A stretch of DNA of 64,000 bases from Kudoa neothunni (GCA_964304625.1 OZ199840.1:2280587-2344586), one strand, 5' to 3'. Positions 25,626 through 38,929 are shown, counted from the first letter of the stretch. Numbers and translations are program-made. The notes: generated from the letters alone by a model not told the origin.

Positions 25626-26190
25626 CTATCCTCGTATATATATAAAGTAGTAGTGTAAACATTTTGTAAACAGATTAGCGCTGACAATAATAAGATTACT
25701 TTATCGTATGATTCACTATAATGTTCAGTGATATGCGTAGATAACTTAATTTATATTATTTAAATACAACTGAAACTTTGAAAGTTTACTCTTATCTACA
25801 CTTTTAACTAAGTTGACAAGTTCTACAACATTCTTTCTTGCGTAGGCGAGGACTCGGTGTAAACGAAGATTTATTGTTTAAATAGGAGATTAATACGTGT
25901 GAATAAATTATTTACTTTGAACGTTTAATTAAAGATAAAGTTTTAAATATTTTTTAAAAAAACATAAAATGATATTAGCACGTTATAATGAAATGGAACA
26001 TTGTTAAAAACCTTTTAGATTAGTTAGTTTATTGACTGGCTAGTTAAAGTGATTAATACGCAACTTGAGTTGTAAAAACTTATGATTTCTAAATGAAAAT
26101 AAAGTCCAATCAAGAAGAAAGTGAAAATGATCGGGTTATTGCTGTTTATTTCGATCAATACTGTTATAGAAAAGACGATAAAATTATTGA
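25626..26190 (+). mobile_element. Non-autonomous Helitron-like repeat (family of 53458-54241), internally deleted
   Basis: Shares tatatataaagtagtagtg, aaacagattagcgctga and aaatgaaaataaagtcc with the 53458 element. Confidence 0.75.
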
Positions 26191-26389
26191 TATCCCATTC
26201 CTCTTCACTTTCTTCTTTATTGGACTTTATTTTTGTGATAATTAATGGCGATGCCGCTAATCTCTGATGAGAAATTAAGAGGCGGCTGATTCAGGCGCGG
26301 AAACGAACCTTAACTAGATTAACTAGATTAATTAGATAATCTATTATACTGTTGGTGTACTATTGCGTGATATTTTGTACGATGAAGCT

Positions 26390-26813
26390 AAATGCAAGAA
26401 TGCAACAACTTTCATTTAGGAATCATAAGTCCTTGCAACTCGTGTGGCTTATTAATCTCCTATATAAACAACAAATCTTCGTTTACACCAAGTCCCACCT
26501 ACGCATCAACATATGTTGTAGAATTTGTTAACTTAGTTTTAAATGTAAAAAGAGTAAAGTTAAAGCTATATACGCATTTTATTGAACATTATAGCGAATC
26601 ACATGATAAAATAATCTTATTATTATCAGCGTTAATCTGTTTACAATAAGTTTACACTACAAATTCACCACTTCATAGACAATCAGATAACCCTGTTGTA
26701 TTTTTGTAGTTAGTTTTGGATTTTTTAAAGTATACTAAGAAACTCAAATAGTTTAAAAAGTCTCTGTATGAGGAGATGATTAGTGCATACACATTACTAC
26801 TTTATATATATAG
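26390..26813 (-). mobile_element. Second, inverted copy of the same non-autonomous Helitron-like repeat
   Basis: Minus strand begins TCTATATATATAAAAGTAGTAATGTG and matches 53458-53850. It abuts and truncates the Gypsy RT. Confidence 0.75.
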
Positions 26814-26869
26814 ATATCGCCCATGTATACGAGATAGAACTTATTTATAATTGGATGTAGTATCCGGTT

Positions 26870-28480
26870 CATCATAGCCTGGAATGTGGGTGGCGCATTG
26901 CACAACCCGGATGGCATTCTATTGGATCAGAATAAACCGAACGGTGTAATGAATGCTATCTTCCATCTTGATGTTTTTTTACTTCAATCCGATGGGATCC
27001 TGAAGATAGGTCGAATTTCGAGAATATTGCGGAGCCTCCCAGTCTATCAAAATCTTCATCTATTCTAGGTAATGGATAACTATTTTTGATTGTTATATTG
27101 TTCAGTCTTCTGTAGTCGATGCAAAGTCTATATTCTACTGTTTTCTCATTGACTAAGATAACGTTGGATGCCCAGGGGTTCTCCGATGGTTCTAATATTC
27201 CCTCGGACAACATTTTATGCATTTGTTTTTCAATTTCGTCGCAATGTGAAAAGGTTGCGTCTTAGGAATCCTTCATTCGCTGGAAGCGTATTTATGAAAA
27301 TTTCAAATTTGTGTTGAGTTCCAGTTGCTTTCTTCAACGGGCCAGTTTTGTCGTACATCAAATCTGAGAATTCTTCCAGAATATTCCTGATTGTGACCAC
27401 AAATGGTTTATTTGTTATCTTCGTGCGAAGAACATCTGGCAAACGTTCGCTGGTTCTAATTCCTTTGTTTCCAGTATCAATAATAATTCCAAATTTTATT
27501 AGTAGGTCTAATGCGATTATTAATTCACGACCAGAGACGTTTGGAATGAGGAATTCGCATATTTGTATAATATTATTGTAGCAAACTTCTATGCTTGTCG
27601 TAAAACTCACAACCGACTTGTATCCTCCCACCAAAAGACTGGTTATCTTTGAGATTTTGGGGACGCACTTTGGACGTGTTCTTGCAACGTCCATTGCGAT
27701 AGAGGATCTACCTGATCCCGTATCGACAAGACCTGTAACCTCAATGTCGTTTAACTTGAGGCGAATGGTTAATGAATTGCCGCGCCGAAAAGGTAACCAC
27801 AAACATAGGAACGTCTGCTAAATTCTGAAATGATGAACTTGTTATTTTTAAACCGTTAGGAGAATCTTTTCGCAAAATGTCCAGATTTTCCACACAGGTA
27901 GCATACACCGGAGTCATCGCAACTATGAATTTTCGCCTTGTTGAGCTCTGCCATCATTCCAGGATCGAAAAGTTGTTTTTGTACTGCAGATCTATCCAAC
28001 TTTTGGGCTACCAGTAGGGCATTTTTGATATCATTCATCTTTGTGATCAGTAGGTGGTTTCAAATTTAGATGTGGATAGCCTTGACAAATTGGTTGCATA
28101 AGATTCTTCGCAATAAGACCTCCTTTGAACCTTCAAAAGCCAACTTACTCAGACTTGTAAACCTATCGCAGAATGATTTATGTCTTCTCCATCGTTCTGG
28201 AACATTCTAGTTGTAACAGGTAGGAAAGATTTATTGCAACTATAATAATCAATCTTTTTTACCTTGAAGTCGTCGAAATCGCTATAATTGTTTATCCCAT
28301 TGCTAATCATCCTTCCGTATACGACATCAGACAGCATGGGCGAGGAAGTATCTAACCCAATTCGACTTGTTCATTATTATCAATTTAAATCATCATTCCA
28401 CTCTTCCAACCATGTGAGCCACTTTCGAGGTTCCATCATACAGATCGATCCTAAATAACTCCCCAGTTGTGGGAGTCACA
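26870..28480 (-). mobile_element. Degenerate Ty3/Gypsy retrotransposon fragment (gag, protease, N-terminal RT)
   Basis: Zn knuckle CYLCGKSGHFAK, aspartic protease LVDTGSGRSSI, RT motifs PWASNVILV, YRLCIDYRRLN, YPLPRIDE, FSKFDL; multiple stops and frameshifts. Confidence 0.9.
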
Positions 28481-28659
28481 ATTTTGCACACAACAAAACA
28501 CTCGATAAATATGGCAACATTTGCTAATCCGCGTAATGATTATTTATGCTCATCGAGGAATATCAGGTAACATCGAGATGACGTCATCGCTTCGCAATTT
28601 CTATCATTCATGCTGATGATCTTCCTCGTGCCTAACATAAAGATATTCTCATTCGTCTG

Positions 28660-29330
28660 GCAGAGTATAAACTCCTCAGACGAATCGTTATCAATTTCAG
28701 ATCTCACACGATTGGATCTAAAATGTTACCTTTCAAGGGGAAGCATCAAGTGTTCCTACTGAAATAGTCTTAGAGTGGTAACAAAAGCTTGTCACTATTC
28801 TTGAAAAATGGTCACCTGAAGATATTTTTAATATTGATGAGACTAGTCTTTTTTCCAACAATACAAAGGTTTATACTAATTAAATGACCTGTTGAAATTT
28901 TATTTGTAGATAACGATTATACAACCGGAATGGAAAGCGATGTTAGGGGAACAAAGCAATTAAAGAACCGGGTAATTGTAACTGTTCTTCTTGGATTTTC
29001 AATGACTGGCGAAAAACTCCCTCTATTTATTAATGGGAAATATGAAAAGCCAAGATGTTTTAAAGGTGTAAGTACATATCCGTTGCTCTACGAGTCGAAT
29101 AAAAATGCTTGGATGACTTCGGAATTATTTATAAAATATATGAATCATCTTTATAATTCTCATGTCTTATCGAAATAAAAAAATTATTCTTTTTCTTGAC
29201 AGTTTCCCAGCGCACCCTATATAAAACTTACAAATATCAACCATTTTTGAAGTTGGAAAAGAAATACATAAAATTATCGAAAAGTATATAGAGAAAAAAA
29301 GATATCTGATTATTTTCAATTACGATGAAT
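28660..29330 (+). mobile_element. Tigger/pogo-like (DDE_1) transposase remnant
   Basis: EDIFNIDETSLF, RVIVTVLLGFSMTGEKLPLFINGKYEKPRCFK, NKNAWMTSELF, ILFLDSFPAHP; probable short intron ~28869-28909. Confidence 0.85.
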
Positions 29331-29342
29331 TTTCTAACGTAA

Positions 29343-29635
29343 TCTATCCACTATATATATCAAATTTAAATGTCCGTGTGTGTGTCAGAAAGTACGCATT
29401 TTTCATTATTTATAGAGAGACATATCGCTCCATTTGAGCGCGCATATGGAAAGATAAAATTTTATTTTAACAGAAAAATACGTAAAAAATTATCACGTGA
29501 TATAAGTGGGTAGTCTGTATTATTTATCTAAAATACTCTGAATTTACTTTGAACTTCAAATGATCTTGGCCTACTCAAGGCTTTAGTCTGCGCGGCCAGG
29601 AAAGAAAACCCATGCGAAGGGGGCTTTTGCGCTAG
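29343..29635 (+). mobile_element. Non-autonomous Helitron
   Basis: A|TC 5' end; GC-rich 3' end ...GCGAAGGGGGCTTTTGCGCTAG|T, matching the 54241 end and the inverted copy at ~46837-46960. Confidence 0.7.
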
Positions 29636-30436
29636 TTGTATATAAATTTAATATGTAAATTTATGTGCTCGTGCAGATACACTCTCTATGTCGGTAGTTT
29701 TAACGTATGTGACATGATAAGTATATTTTAAAAGTTCTATTAATGCTTAAAAATACGAGAAAAAGACTATGTTTGCATCATTAATAACGAATCGGTTGAG
29801 CATGCCATAATAGGATAGATTAAAGTATTTAATACGAGCAATAGGTCCTCGGATTTCATTGAAATCGTCCGCTATGTTGAACTTTCCAGGATTAAATTCA
29901 ATGCAGATGGTTTTATTTTATTTCATTCAATTATTTATATTGTGTATGATGAAATTGAAGTGATTTGTGGTTGTTTATGTGATAAAGTGTGTATAGCTCT
30001 TGCCGAGTCAAGAGGTATTAATTTGAGCATAAAATTTAATTTTCGTCGATCTATATATCTTTTTCTATATATTTGTCTCCCGTAAACAATGGTGCATAAA
30101 CTTTCGGAGCTGGGTCAATAATAACTTTAAGGGTAATATTTTAACGAGATTTAAATAATTCGCGAATGCAAAAAAATACGACACCGACAATAAATTATTT
30201 AGCGTTGGTGCTGGGTCACGAAATTTTTAAATGATCGCCGGAATTTGTACATTCCTTCACAGAAATGATCATGATTTAAATTTCGCTAATCCAAATCGTT
30301 GAAACTATGCCACTTAAAAATTATTAAGTATTTAGCGTCTATGGATTAATTTTAAATTCCAATATATTTTTTGAATATTATTAAGAAACGTATCTATGTG
30401 AAATCTTCCAAAGCAACGCTGGGTATTTCCCGCTAG
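29636..30436 (+). mobile_element. Non-autonomous Helitron (family of 54242-55340)
   Basis: Ends AGCAACGCTGGGTATTTCCCGCTAG|T; body shares gatttcattgaaa.cgtcc...tatgttgaactttc with 54790-54825. Confidence 0.75.
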
Positions 30437-31289
30437 TATATATATATATATATAGTTGTTATTTCGAAGAAGTCCGAAGAAGTGTGTGATCACAAGAATG
30501 CATGTCCAGCGAATTTTACTTTCTTATATAAAGCTCTAACATTTGTTTGAAATACGTAAGCGAATTTAGAAAAATGTAACGTTTATGAACAAAAAATAGA
30601 ACCGATCGAATTGTTACTTTAAAGGCGTGCAAATACGTGCTTAAATTTTGAGCTGACTAAACTTCAGATCCGAGTGGATTATAATTAATTTGAAATCGTG
30701 TTTGTTGTTGATTTTCAAAATTTTGTACTATTAAATATTGGAGCTTCCAATACCTAGAAATGAAGTTAAGATGTAGCATATGTTTTAAATTATTGCGAAT
30801 ATTTTTTATTGTGTTTGACCGTCCTGGGTGGTTTTTATTTTGAGAATTAAAAGTTATCGAATAGAACCAAATGTAAATAATTTATTTTGTTGAAGAAAAC
30901 TATATTAAACTTTAATTATAAATTTAGACAAAATCTATATATATATATATTATACAAACTTCGGAATTGCCCCGAGATTGTGTCTTCCAAGGAACAGTGA
31001 CTTTCAAAAATGTTTTGAGACTGATTAAAGCCTAATTTATATGTAGCAGTAGTATTCGTGCTCGAATAGAGATTGTTAAAATTTCAAAAGATTAGAACAA
31101 TTTTTAATTGTATTCTTTGGTGTTTTAAGTTTTCATCTAAATCAACCTTCGGGTGATCGAGAGGATTAGAGCCACCTGGAGCGTATGTTACGGAGATAAA
31201 TATGTGTATAGACGTTATATTAAAAAAAATTTACACAATAAACAAACACTTTTAAATTATTATTATTATTATTTCGTGAAATAAAGTAC

Positions 31290-33296
31290 GTTGAAAGTTT
31301 AAATAACGTTTGCATCTCATGACTCCATAATTTTTTATCGATCGATTAAACACATTATTTCGTCCAAACTCTTCCGTCTCTAAGCACTTTAATATTGATG
31401 TTTTACGTGTGGTTCTCTAATATTATGCATTGTAAATTTATTTTTTTCTCCTTCAAAACATTTTTTTGTGAACAAGTTGTTAGCAAGTAAACTATATCGT
31501 ACGATGGCATCCTTATTGTAATCCTTTACTGAAAATAACATGAATTGTTTATAAAAGCAATAATCACGAGGTGTTGTGTCGTTTAAGTGTGTCTTATTCA
31601 AGCGTAATTTAAAAAATACAACACTTATTGTCCACAGAGTCAATCTTATTTTTGACTGTACGCATCGAGACATTCCACACTCAACCGCGCTTTACAATAG
31701 ACTATTCACATGGGTAGACAATATACTATGCACAATTCATGGAATCGTTCAACACTACGACTAAGTAGGCGAATACAAGAGAGGAGAGCATTGGAAACAA
31801 CATTATAGTAGGGATGTGATTTTTAATAGCAATCAATGCATATTTCTAATTGAAACCCACCTGCTTCTACTTCTTCTCAGGAGACACCCCTACAGTCACG
31901 ACGAAATTGTCGACGTTTACGCCTTTCACAAGAAACCGACGAGCAAAAAGAACGAATACAAGAAGCAAATAGAGTAAGCAATAGAAATCGACATGTACGT
32001 GAGACGACTCAACAGAGTCCTGCAGTGTCACCTATAAATGAGCACAGCACAAGATCAGACAGTAAATTTGTATCTGAACCTTACTACATTCCTGTTCTAT
32101 CAGGTCAACAAACGCGAAGTATGTCTGATGATACTTGGAATATGGTCGCTTTGCATTACGACCTCTGCTACAACATGGGAATGAAATGAATATTACAATT
32201 GGAAAAATGTCGAAAACTTTCCAGAAATGCCGTTCTAAGAAATAAATAAACGAATCCGCGGGTGTGTTATTACGGCGGTAATGTTATTTTGGACACACTA
32301 TATGATCCTCCTCATTTTCTACAGACTCCGAAATTTCAAGACACTTGCTACAAAATATCCGAAAATACAGCTGCGCTTTCCAGATGACATCTTTTTTAAA
32401 AAACATAACTAGTAGGGCGGATTCATACCTACTTTTATGGTTCACGGTCAAATGTGTCATTGGATTATTGAATCGCTATTGCCTTCTGAAAATGAGCAAC
32501 GAAATTCTTGCGATTATATTTCATACAAAACATGTATTTTCAAGCTCAAAATCGATCCAATATGTATCTCTAGCATAGGCATGATATTATTTTAGCGCTT
32601 CAAGATATGTATGTTACACAGACACACTAGCTACATCCACAGTTTTAGGCATGACTTAGAAATGCACCCGTCTTCTGATTTTGATATAATCATAAACGAT
32701 GCCAAACTTCCATAGGTAGAAAATGAGAGAAAATACAACTCTCCAACCTGAAATGAGGTGGCCATCGCAATGTCGGATGAGCAGCATTGTACGAGGGATA
32801 TTGTTTTGAGGAGTACAAACAACAAACTTCAGAGGATAAGCGAAACACACAGATCGCATTATGTATTGCAATATCCATTAACTAATGTCTATGGTCAAGA
32901 TGGTTACCATTTTCATATTCTACAGATTGACGCAAACGAAAGTGCTACAGGTAAGGATTTATATTCTTTTTATTTTATGGAAAGGGAAAATAGTTTTAAC
33001 ATGCTTCATCACTTGGGGATATTATTCCTACAATATGCTGTAGGTATGTTTGGAAGATGGAATCAGAGAGACTTTGTTTTATCAGAGCGAAACAAGATTA
33101 ACTTCGTGTTGAATCTTGCATCAATTTAATTGATAGCATTAGTAGCGACGGTGAAATAAATGGGCGGGATGATTGTACATTTCGCCGTCGACTTTCGCTT
33201 TCGTAGGTTCACCACGCTATATAAACGAGAGGATACAGCTTGTCATGACCTACTTTTGATGTTTTGGAGGATAACATTCGAGTGCAATCCCTTTTA
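31290..33296 (+). mobile_element. Helitron copy A (N-terminal Rep region, pseudogenised), cut by a Gypsy insertion
   Basis: Helitron motifs LQNIRKYSCAFQMTSF, RDIVLRSTNNKLQRISETHRSHYVLQYPL, FLQYAV, GSPRY, ITFECNP; inverted homologue of 51600-53450. Confidence 0.88.
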
Positions 33297-33408
33297 TGTT
33301 ATGTTAGTAGATTAGTACACGGGATTAACAAATCATTAGCTGGGGAGCGCAATTATTATTGTCGTTGTTATTGTTGCTTTTAGTGTCTCTTTCTTGCGTT
33401 CGCAATAC
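33297..33408 (+). repeat. 5' LTR (~110 bp)
   Basis: Diverged direct repeat of 38365-38465, followed immediately by the PBS. Confidence 0.8.
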
Positions 33409-34285
33409 TGGCGACGAGGATTCTTACAAACCTACATATGTTTTTGCCTAATAAGTAATAAGGTGGGTTGGATTTGCTTCATGGGACGGTTTACATGCTT
33501 TGTTGAAACCAATGGAGTTGAAACGTAAAGACAGAATAGCCTGTTACTTTCTATCATGCATGTTCCAACTTATGGAATGCTGAAAACTTCAAACATCCCG
33601 ATGAAACTAACAATACCTGAAATTACTAATTAGATGAGCGAACACTTCGATACTAAGACTCTTGTTATTTCGGAACGGTTCACTTTCTGGAAAACCGAAC
33701 AAGATGACAATGAATCTGTCACTGAATATATTATAATATTAAGAAGAATGCGTGCAAAATGTGCGTTAGGCTCATTCTTGAAGGAGGCTCTCAGGGATAA
33801 ATTTGTTGGAGGACTTAAGAGTGAATTAGCAAACACACAACGATCACTCCTTACGGACTAGAATGTAATATTAGGAAGAGCTATTGAACGAACTTCTGTC
33901 CAAGAAGCATCAATGTTACATCAGCGAAAGATGCTGAATGAAAATATTGGAAAAATTTACGATAGAAAAACTGGTGGTAATCGAGAGAAAAATAATGAAA
34001 TTTCACCAAAATGTTACAGATGCAACGGACCCAACGATCCGAAGAAATGCAAATTTATGGACGTAAATTATTACAATCGTGGGAAGACAGGCCACATAAA
34101 TGGAACCTGCAGGAAGCGAATTACAACTATGAATGTTGAAACTGTTATTATAAGTGACAATAACGAAAAATATTTGAATGAAATGAACCAAGTGACGCCT
34201 GTATTTATGCGGATTATAATAAACTCAATATTTGTCAAACTGGAGATCGATACAGATCCTCTGTTACTTTATTGGGCTGAAATTT

Positions 34286-35650
34286 GGTCTAAGCCCACCT
34301 AAGCCTCAATAAAATAATGCTTATATTTATTATAAAAACACATTTTAGAAAAATCACAACAAAACGCCAATAAGAATTTTTTGATTGTAGATTGATTTTT
34401 AGAGATTGTATGAAACCACTCCATAAGTCATATTGATTTTTTCTTCTCCATTGAAATTCACCGAGAAATTCATTAATGACATCCATACGAACAGTTCCAT
34501 CCTCATTAACCGATGATGTTCTATTTCTGGGAGATCGATATTTTATGGCACCCCAAGTGCCCTCAATATATTGGTGTGATCTCCCGAAACACTATCTATA
34601 TTCTATACTGTGGTAAACAGTGAGATGAGTGTAGAAATTATGGAGTGTGGCGTAGCTTTTGGAACAGTCAGTGATGATAATTGAGCCTGGTTAACCATAG
34701 GTTTTTATTCTTTTTATTAAAGTTTCAGTAGTTCTACCAGGGACCTCCACTAGAAATACTCTTCTTTCGGGTGTCCTTTCGACACCTCCAAGAACCCGTG
34801 CTCCATTAACACCATGACCTTTGTTTATGCTTTATTTTTACCAAACTTGGTCTCATCAATTTCTACGACTGTATTTTCTCCTCGAATCCTAAGCTATCGG
34901 CCATCATTTGTCTAAGATAGTGGGAATAGTTAGTGATCGTTTGAGAGGAGTGGCAAGTAATAGTGATCAAGTTAAGAGTTTTTACACCCACTAACCAATA
35001 ATAAGCCAACTCCATGAAATCATTAACTTTGAATTTCATATTTTTGAAGATCGTACAGTCAAAAATAGAGACTTCTTTCCGGCAAAACATTGCACAACAA
35101 CACCAATTTTTTCCGTGGATCGAAAATCTGATCCACCACATTTACTTCAATTAATAGGCTCTTCAAGAATGCCCTGTTCAATGAGATAATTGATGGAATT
35201 TTTCCCTTCACTACAAATTTTATTGAATGCCTTTCTTGGTGCAATCATTGTTGTATGGTTGTTTGTAAATAAGGGCTTAATCCTTATATATTGTGTTGGT
35301 GAGTATATAATCCTCATGTTGCGGAATTAGTGTTAGTGGCGGAAAACAAACGATTAGCCCACTGTTAATCTCGACAATGTTATAGGATTATTTGGTGACG
35401 GATATCAAATGTGATCCTGGACCTTCACTAGAAACATTCTTCTTTCGGATGTCCTTTCGACACCTCCATGAACCCATGCTCCATTAACACCATGAGCTTT
35501 GTTATGCTTTATTTTTACCAAACTTGGACTCATCAATTTCTACGACTGTATTTTCTCCTCCAATTATAATGTCGTCGAATCCTAAACTATCGACCATCAT
35601 TTGTCTAAGATAGTGAGAATAGTTAGTGATAGTTTGAGAAGAGTGGTCAT
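34286..35650 (-). mobile_element. Merlin-family transposon remnant nested in the Gypsy protease region, with an internal duplication
   Basis: FMELAYYWLVG, VVEIDETKFGKIKH, VLGGVERTPERRVFLVEVP, ITDCSKSY, HTNILR. 34741-34950 is repeated at ~35418-35647. Confidence 0.85.
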
Positions 35651-38364
35651 TAGAGATCATGAAGTTAGAAACGAAAGAAATTGGAAGCTTGTTGAAGAAA
35701 TATCATAAATTATTTTGGAACGAACTTGGATGTTTCAATGGAACAAAAACTGCAATATCACTGAAACCTATTACGTCGCCTATTTTTTGTAAATACCGAA
35801 GAGTATCTCTTATAAGAAAGAAATGGCTTCAACAGAACTCGATAGACTGGTAGAGGCTGGCATATTGAAAGCTATCAGATTCAGCAGATGGGCCACAACT
35901 ATAGTTGCTGTTGAAAAGATAGGTGGTGGAGTAAGAATTTGTGCTGATTTTTCTGTCACATTGAACCCTCATCTAAATGTGGATATATATCCACTACCTA
36001 CAGTAGAAGACATCATGTCTACTCTTGCCGGCGGAGAGTCGTTTAGTGTTATTGACTTAGAAAATGCTTATCTTCAAATGGATTTTGAGAATACTTCAAA
36101 GGAGTTTTTGACGATCACAACACATAAAGGACTGTTTGAATATCAGAGGCTTCATTTTGGGTTGGCGTCAGCCCCTGCAATTTGACGAAGAACAATGGAT
36201 ATGCTATTGAATGGTATACCAGATGTTCAATGTTATTTGGATAACATTATTGTTACGGGGAAAACGAGGAATGAACACTTGAGAACGTTAGATAAGGTGC
36301 TGAATATATTTCAGCAGCATGGTCTTCGCCTGAACAAAGAGAAATGTGCTTTCCTTAACGAATCTATTGAATATTGCAGATACAATGTTTCCAGAAAAGG
36401 CCTAATAAAAAGTTAAATGGTGTGGAAGAAGTAATGAGGATGCAAAAACCTTCTAATAAAACAGACATAAGGATATTCTATGGAATGCTAAATTATTATA
36501 GGAAATTTATTCCAAATTTTTCTTCCATACCCAATTCCTGTATAACTTGCTGAAGAAAGAAAATGAGTTTACTTTCGAATAAAAATATGCTAGTCTATTT
36601 TGATCCATCTCTAAAATTATTATTGACAACAGACGCTTCTGGCAGTGGTGTTGGTGCAGTATTATCCCATGTTATGGACGATAACCTTGTGAGACCTATC
36701 TCATTTATTTCTAGAAGCCTATCAAAAAGAGAGGAAAATTGTTCCACGATTAAAAAAGAAGGATTAGCGATCATTTGAGCAATTCAGAAGTTCCATCATT
36801 ACCTGGAGGGATGACGATTCACCTTGTCAACTGAATATAAGCCATTTTTAATCCTAAAAATGGGATACCGAAGACAGCAGCGTCTAGAATCCAAAGGTGG
36901 GTAGTCATTATCTGGATACTTGTTTGAAATCAAATATCGAGCGGGGTCTGAAAATAATCCTGGTGATTGTTTTCCTCGCCTTTTTATGAGAAAGAAGGAC
37001 GCTAATGAAGAACTTGAAGTGGCAAATGATATGATTGATAAATTAGTTGTTAAAAAAATTTTAAAACATGGACACTTTCACTTTACGCTTGAAGAACTGA
37101 CGAGAGAAACAATGGCAGATGAAATCCTAAGTAGTGTTATTAGTCATTTTAAGAATGGATGGAAAAGCAAAATACCAATCGGATTGGAACAATTCAAAAG
37201 GAGGAAAAATGAGATATCGTTTTTGAATGGATCATTGCTACTTGGCGGACGGATTATCATACCCAAATCACTCCAAAGTATAGTGTTGAAGGAATTGCAT
37301 GCGGGGCATATGGGAATATCAAGAACCAAAGAACTAGCGAGAAGTTATGTTTGGTGGCCTAACATAAACCGTGATATTAAAAGGGTAAACTTCAGCTGCC
37401 GCTCATGCCAAGAAGAAAAACGCAAAATGCCTATAAAAAGCAAAGTACTGCAATGGGAGAATTGTTCACATCCACTGGAAGGAGTACATTTCGATTTTGC
37501 TGGTCCTATTAAAGGGTTGTATTTGCTTATAATGGTCGACGCTTATTCAAAATGGCCTGAGGTGATACCTATGAGTTCGCCAAATGGAGATAGAACTGTT
37601 TCTGTTATGAGGACCTTATTTTCACGTCTTGGTAATCCTGAAACAACGGTGTCTGATAATTGTCCCAAATTTGTCCCCAAAGAAATGAGGGATTTTACTG
37701 CTAGCAATAACATCAGACATAAATTTATTTTAGCTTACCATCCATCTTCCGACGGACTGGCAGAAAGGTTTGTACGACCTTCAAAGGATGCCTTGATAAA
37801 TCTGATAGTGACATACAAAAAAGTATCGATCGGTTCCTGCTCCATCAAAGAAACACACTACACAGCACAACATCAATGGCGCAATCAATCTGTATGATGG
37901 GAAGGAGGCCAGGTAGTTTCTTCGACACGTTGAAGATCCAGCCAGGGAAACCAAGAATGAATAGAGAAAAGGGAACACGAGTACTAGAGCCCGGTGAAAC
38001 TGTACTGATTCGAAATTTCTTGAAAGGCCCCAAATGAATTAAGGGTAAAGTTCTTAGAGCGGTTGCACCCCTTACATATTTGGTGTTATCCAACGGACGA
38101 GAATTAAAAAGGCATATTGACCATTTGATAATGATTCCATACACTGAACCAAATGATGAGATTGATGCAAACCCAGCTGAAGAAGATTTACATCAACAAC
38201 AAATGGTAATGGCCAATACTAAAAACCAATTATAGATTCTACGGCCCAGGAGGTAGAAAACCCTAATCTTATTGACGATAATGTATCATCTGATAGTGAA
38301 GATGTAAATGAACCAACCTTAAGAAGATCTACAAGAAAAGTAAATAAACCTGGGAATGAAGAGA

Positions 38365-38465
38365 TGTTATGTTGGTAGATTAATACAGGAGATTAACAAA
38401 CCATTTGCTAGGGGGCGCAATTATTATTGTTGTTATTGACACTTTTTTGCTCTCGTCGAACATCA
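38365..38465 (+). repeat. 3' LTR (~100 bp)
   Basis: TG...CA termini, preceded by the polypurine tract. Confidence 0.8.
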
Positions 38466-38519
38466 CTGGTATAGGGAGGAAATAAGAATTATTTAAACAA
38501 ATCTGTTTATAAAATATAT

Positions 38520-38730
38520 AATGATTCTCTAATTTATTGGGCTTATTCTAGCCATTCTAACCTCAAACATCTTGCAAGGTCAATTTATTCTATCCCAGTC
38601 CAGTGACTCCTGCGGAATGTAAAAGACAAGCCTAAAAGGCTGGATTAATATCACATAAGATCAGTAATCGTTTAAACCAATGCCATTTTGAAAAGTTTGT
38701 TCTTCTCAGAAATTATGAATCCTCTGAATA
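38520..38730 (+). mobile_element. hAT transposase C-terminal dimerisation-domain fragment
   Basis: DSLIYW...LKHLARSIYSIP...AGLI...NRLNQCHFEKFVLLRN resembles the hAT dimerisation consensus. Confidence 0.6.
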
Positions 38731-38929
38731 ATTATAATAGTTGTTGAATCAGATAAAACGTACGAAGGTTTTTTAAAGCGACTGCGTATACCCGGCTGTT
38801 TCAATATGGAATATCAAGGGTCTGAAGCGGACAATTTTTCTGGATAGTTAGTCGGATGATTGTTGGACACGAACCAATTTTATTGAACGTTATACCACCC
38901 TGATTAATATGCAATTAAGAAATCTGAGA

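Larger units (their letters stand above)
33297..38465 (+). mobile_element. Ty3/Gypsy LTR retrotransposon (Mag-like PBS), decayed but full-length outline
   Basis: 5' LTR ~33297-33408 and 3' LTR 38365-38465 (TGTTATGTT...GATTAACAAA...GCGCAATTATTATTGT...CATCA). PBS TGGCGACGAGG at 33409; purine tract GGGAATGAAGAGA before the 3' LTR. Gag (ISERFTFW, CYRC knuckle), PR (LEIDT), RT (VRICADF, YPLP, YLDNI), RNase H (TDASGSGVGAVL), integrase (H-H-C-C, DFAGP, SDN, GLAERFV). Confidence 0.93.
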
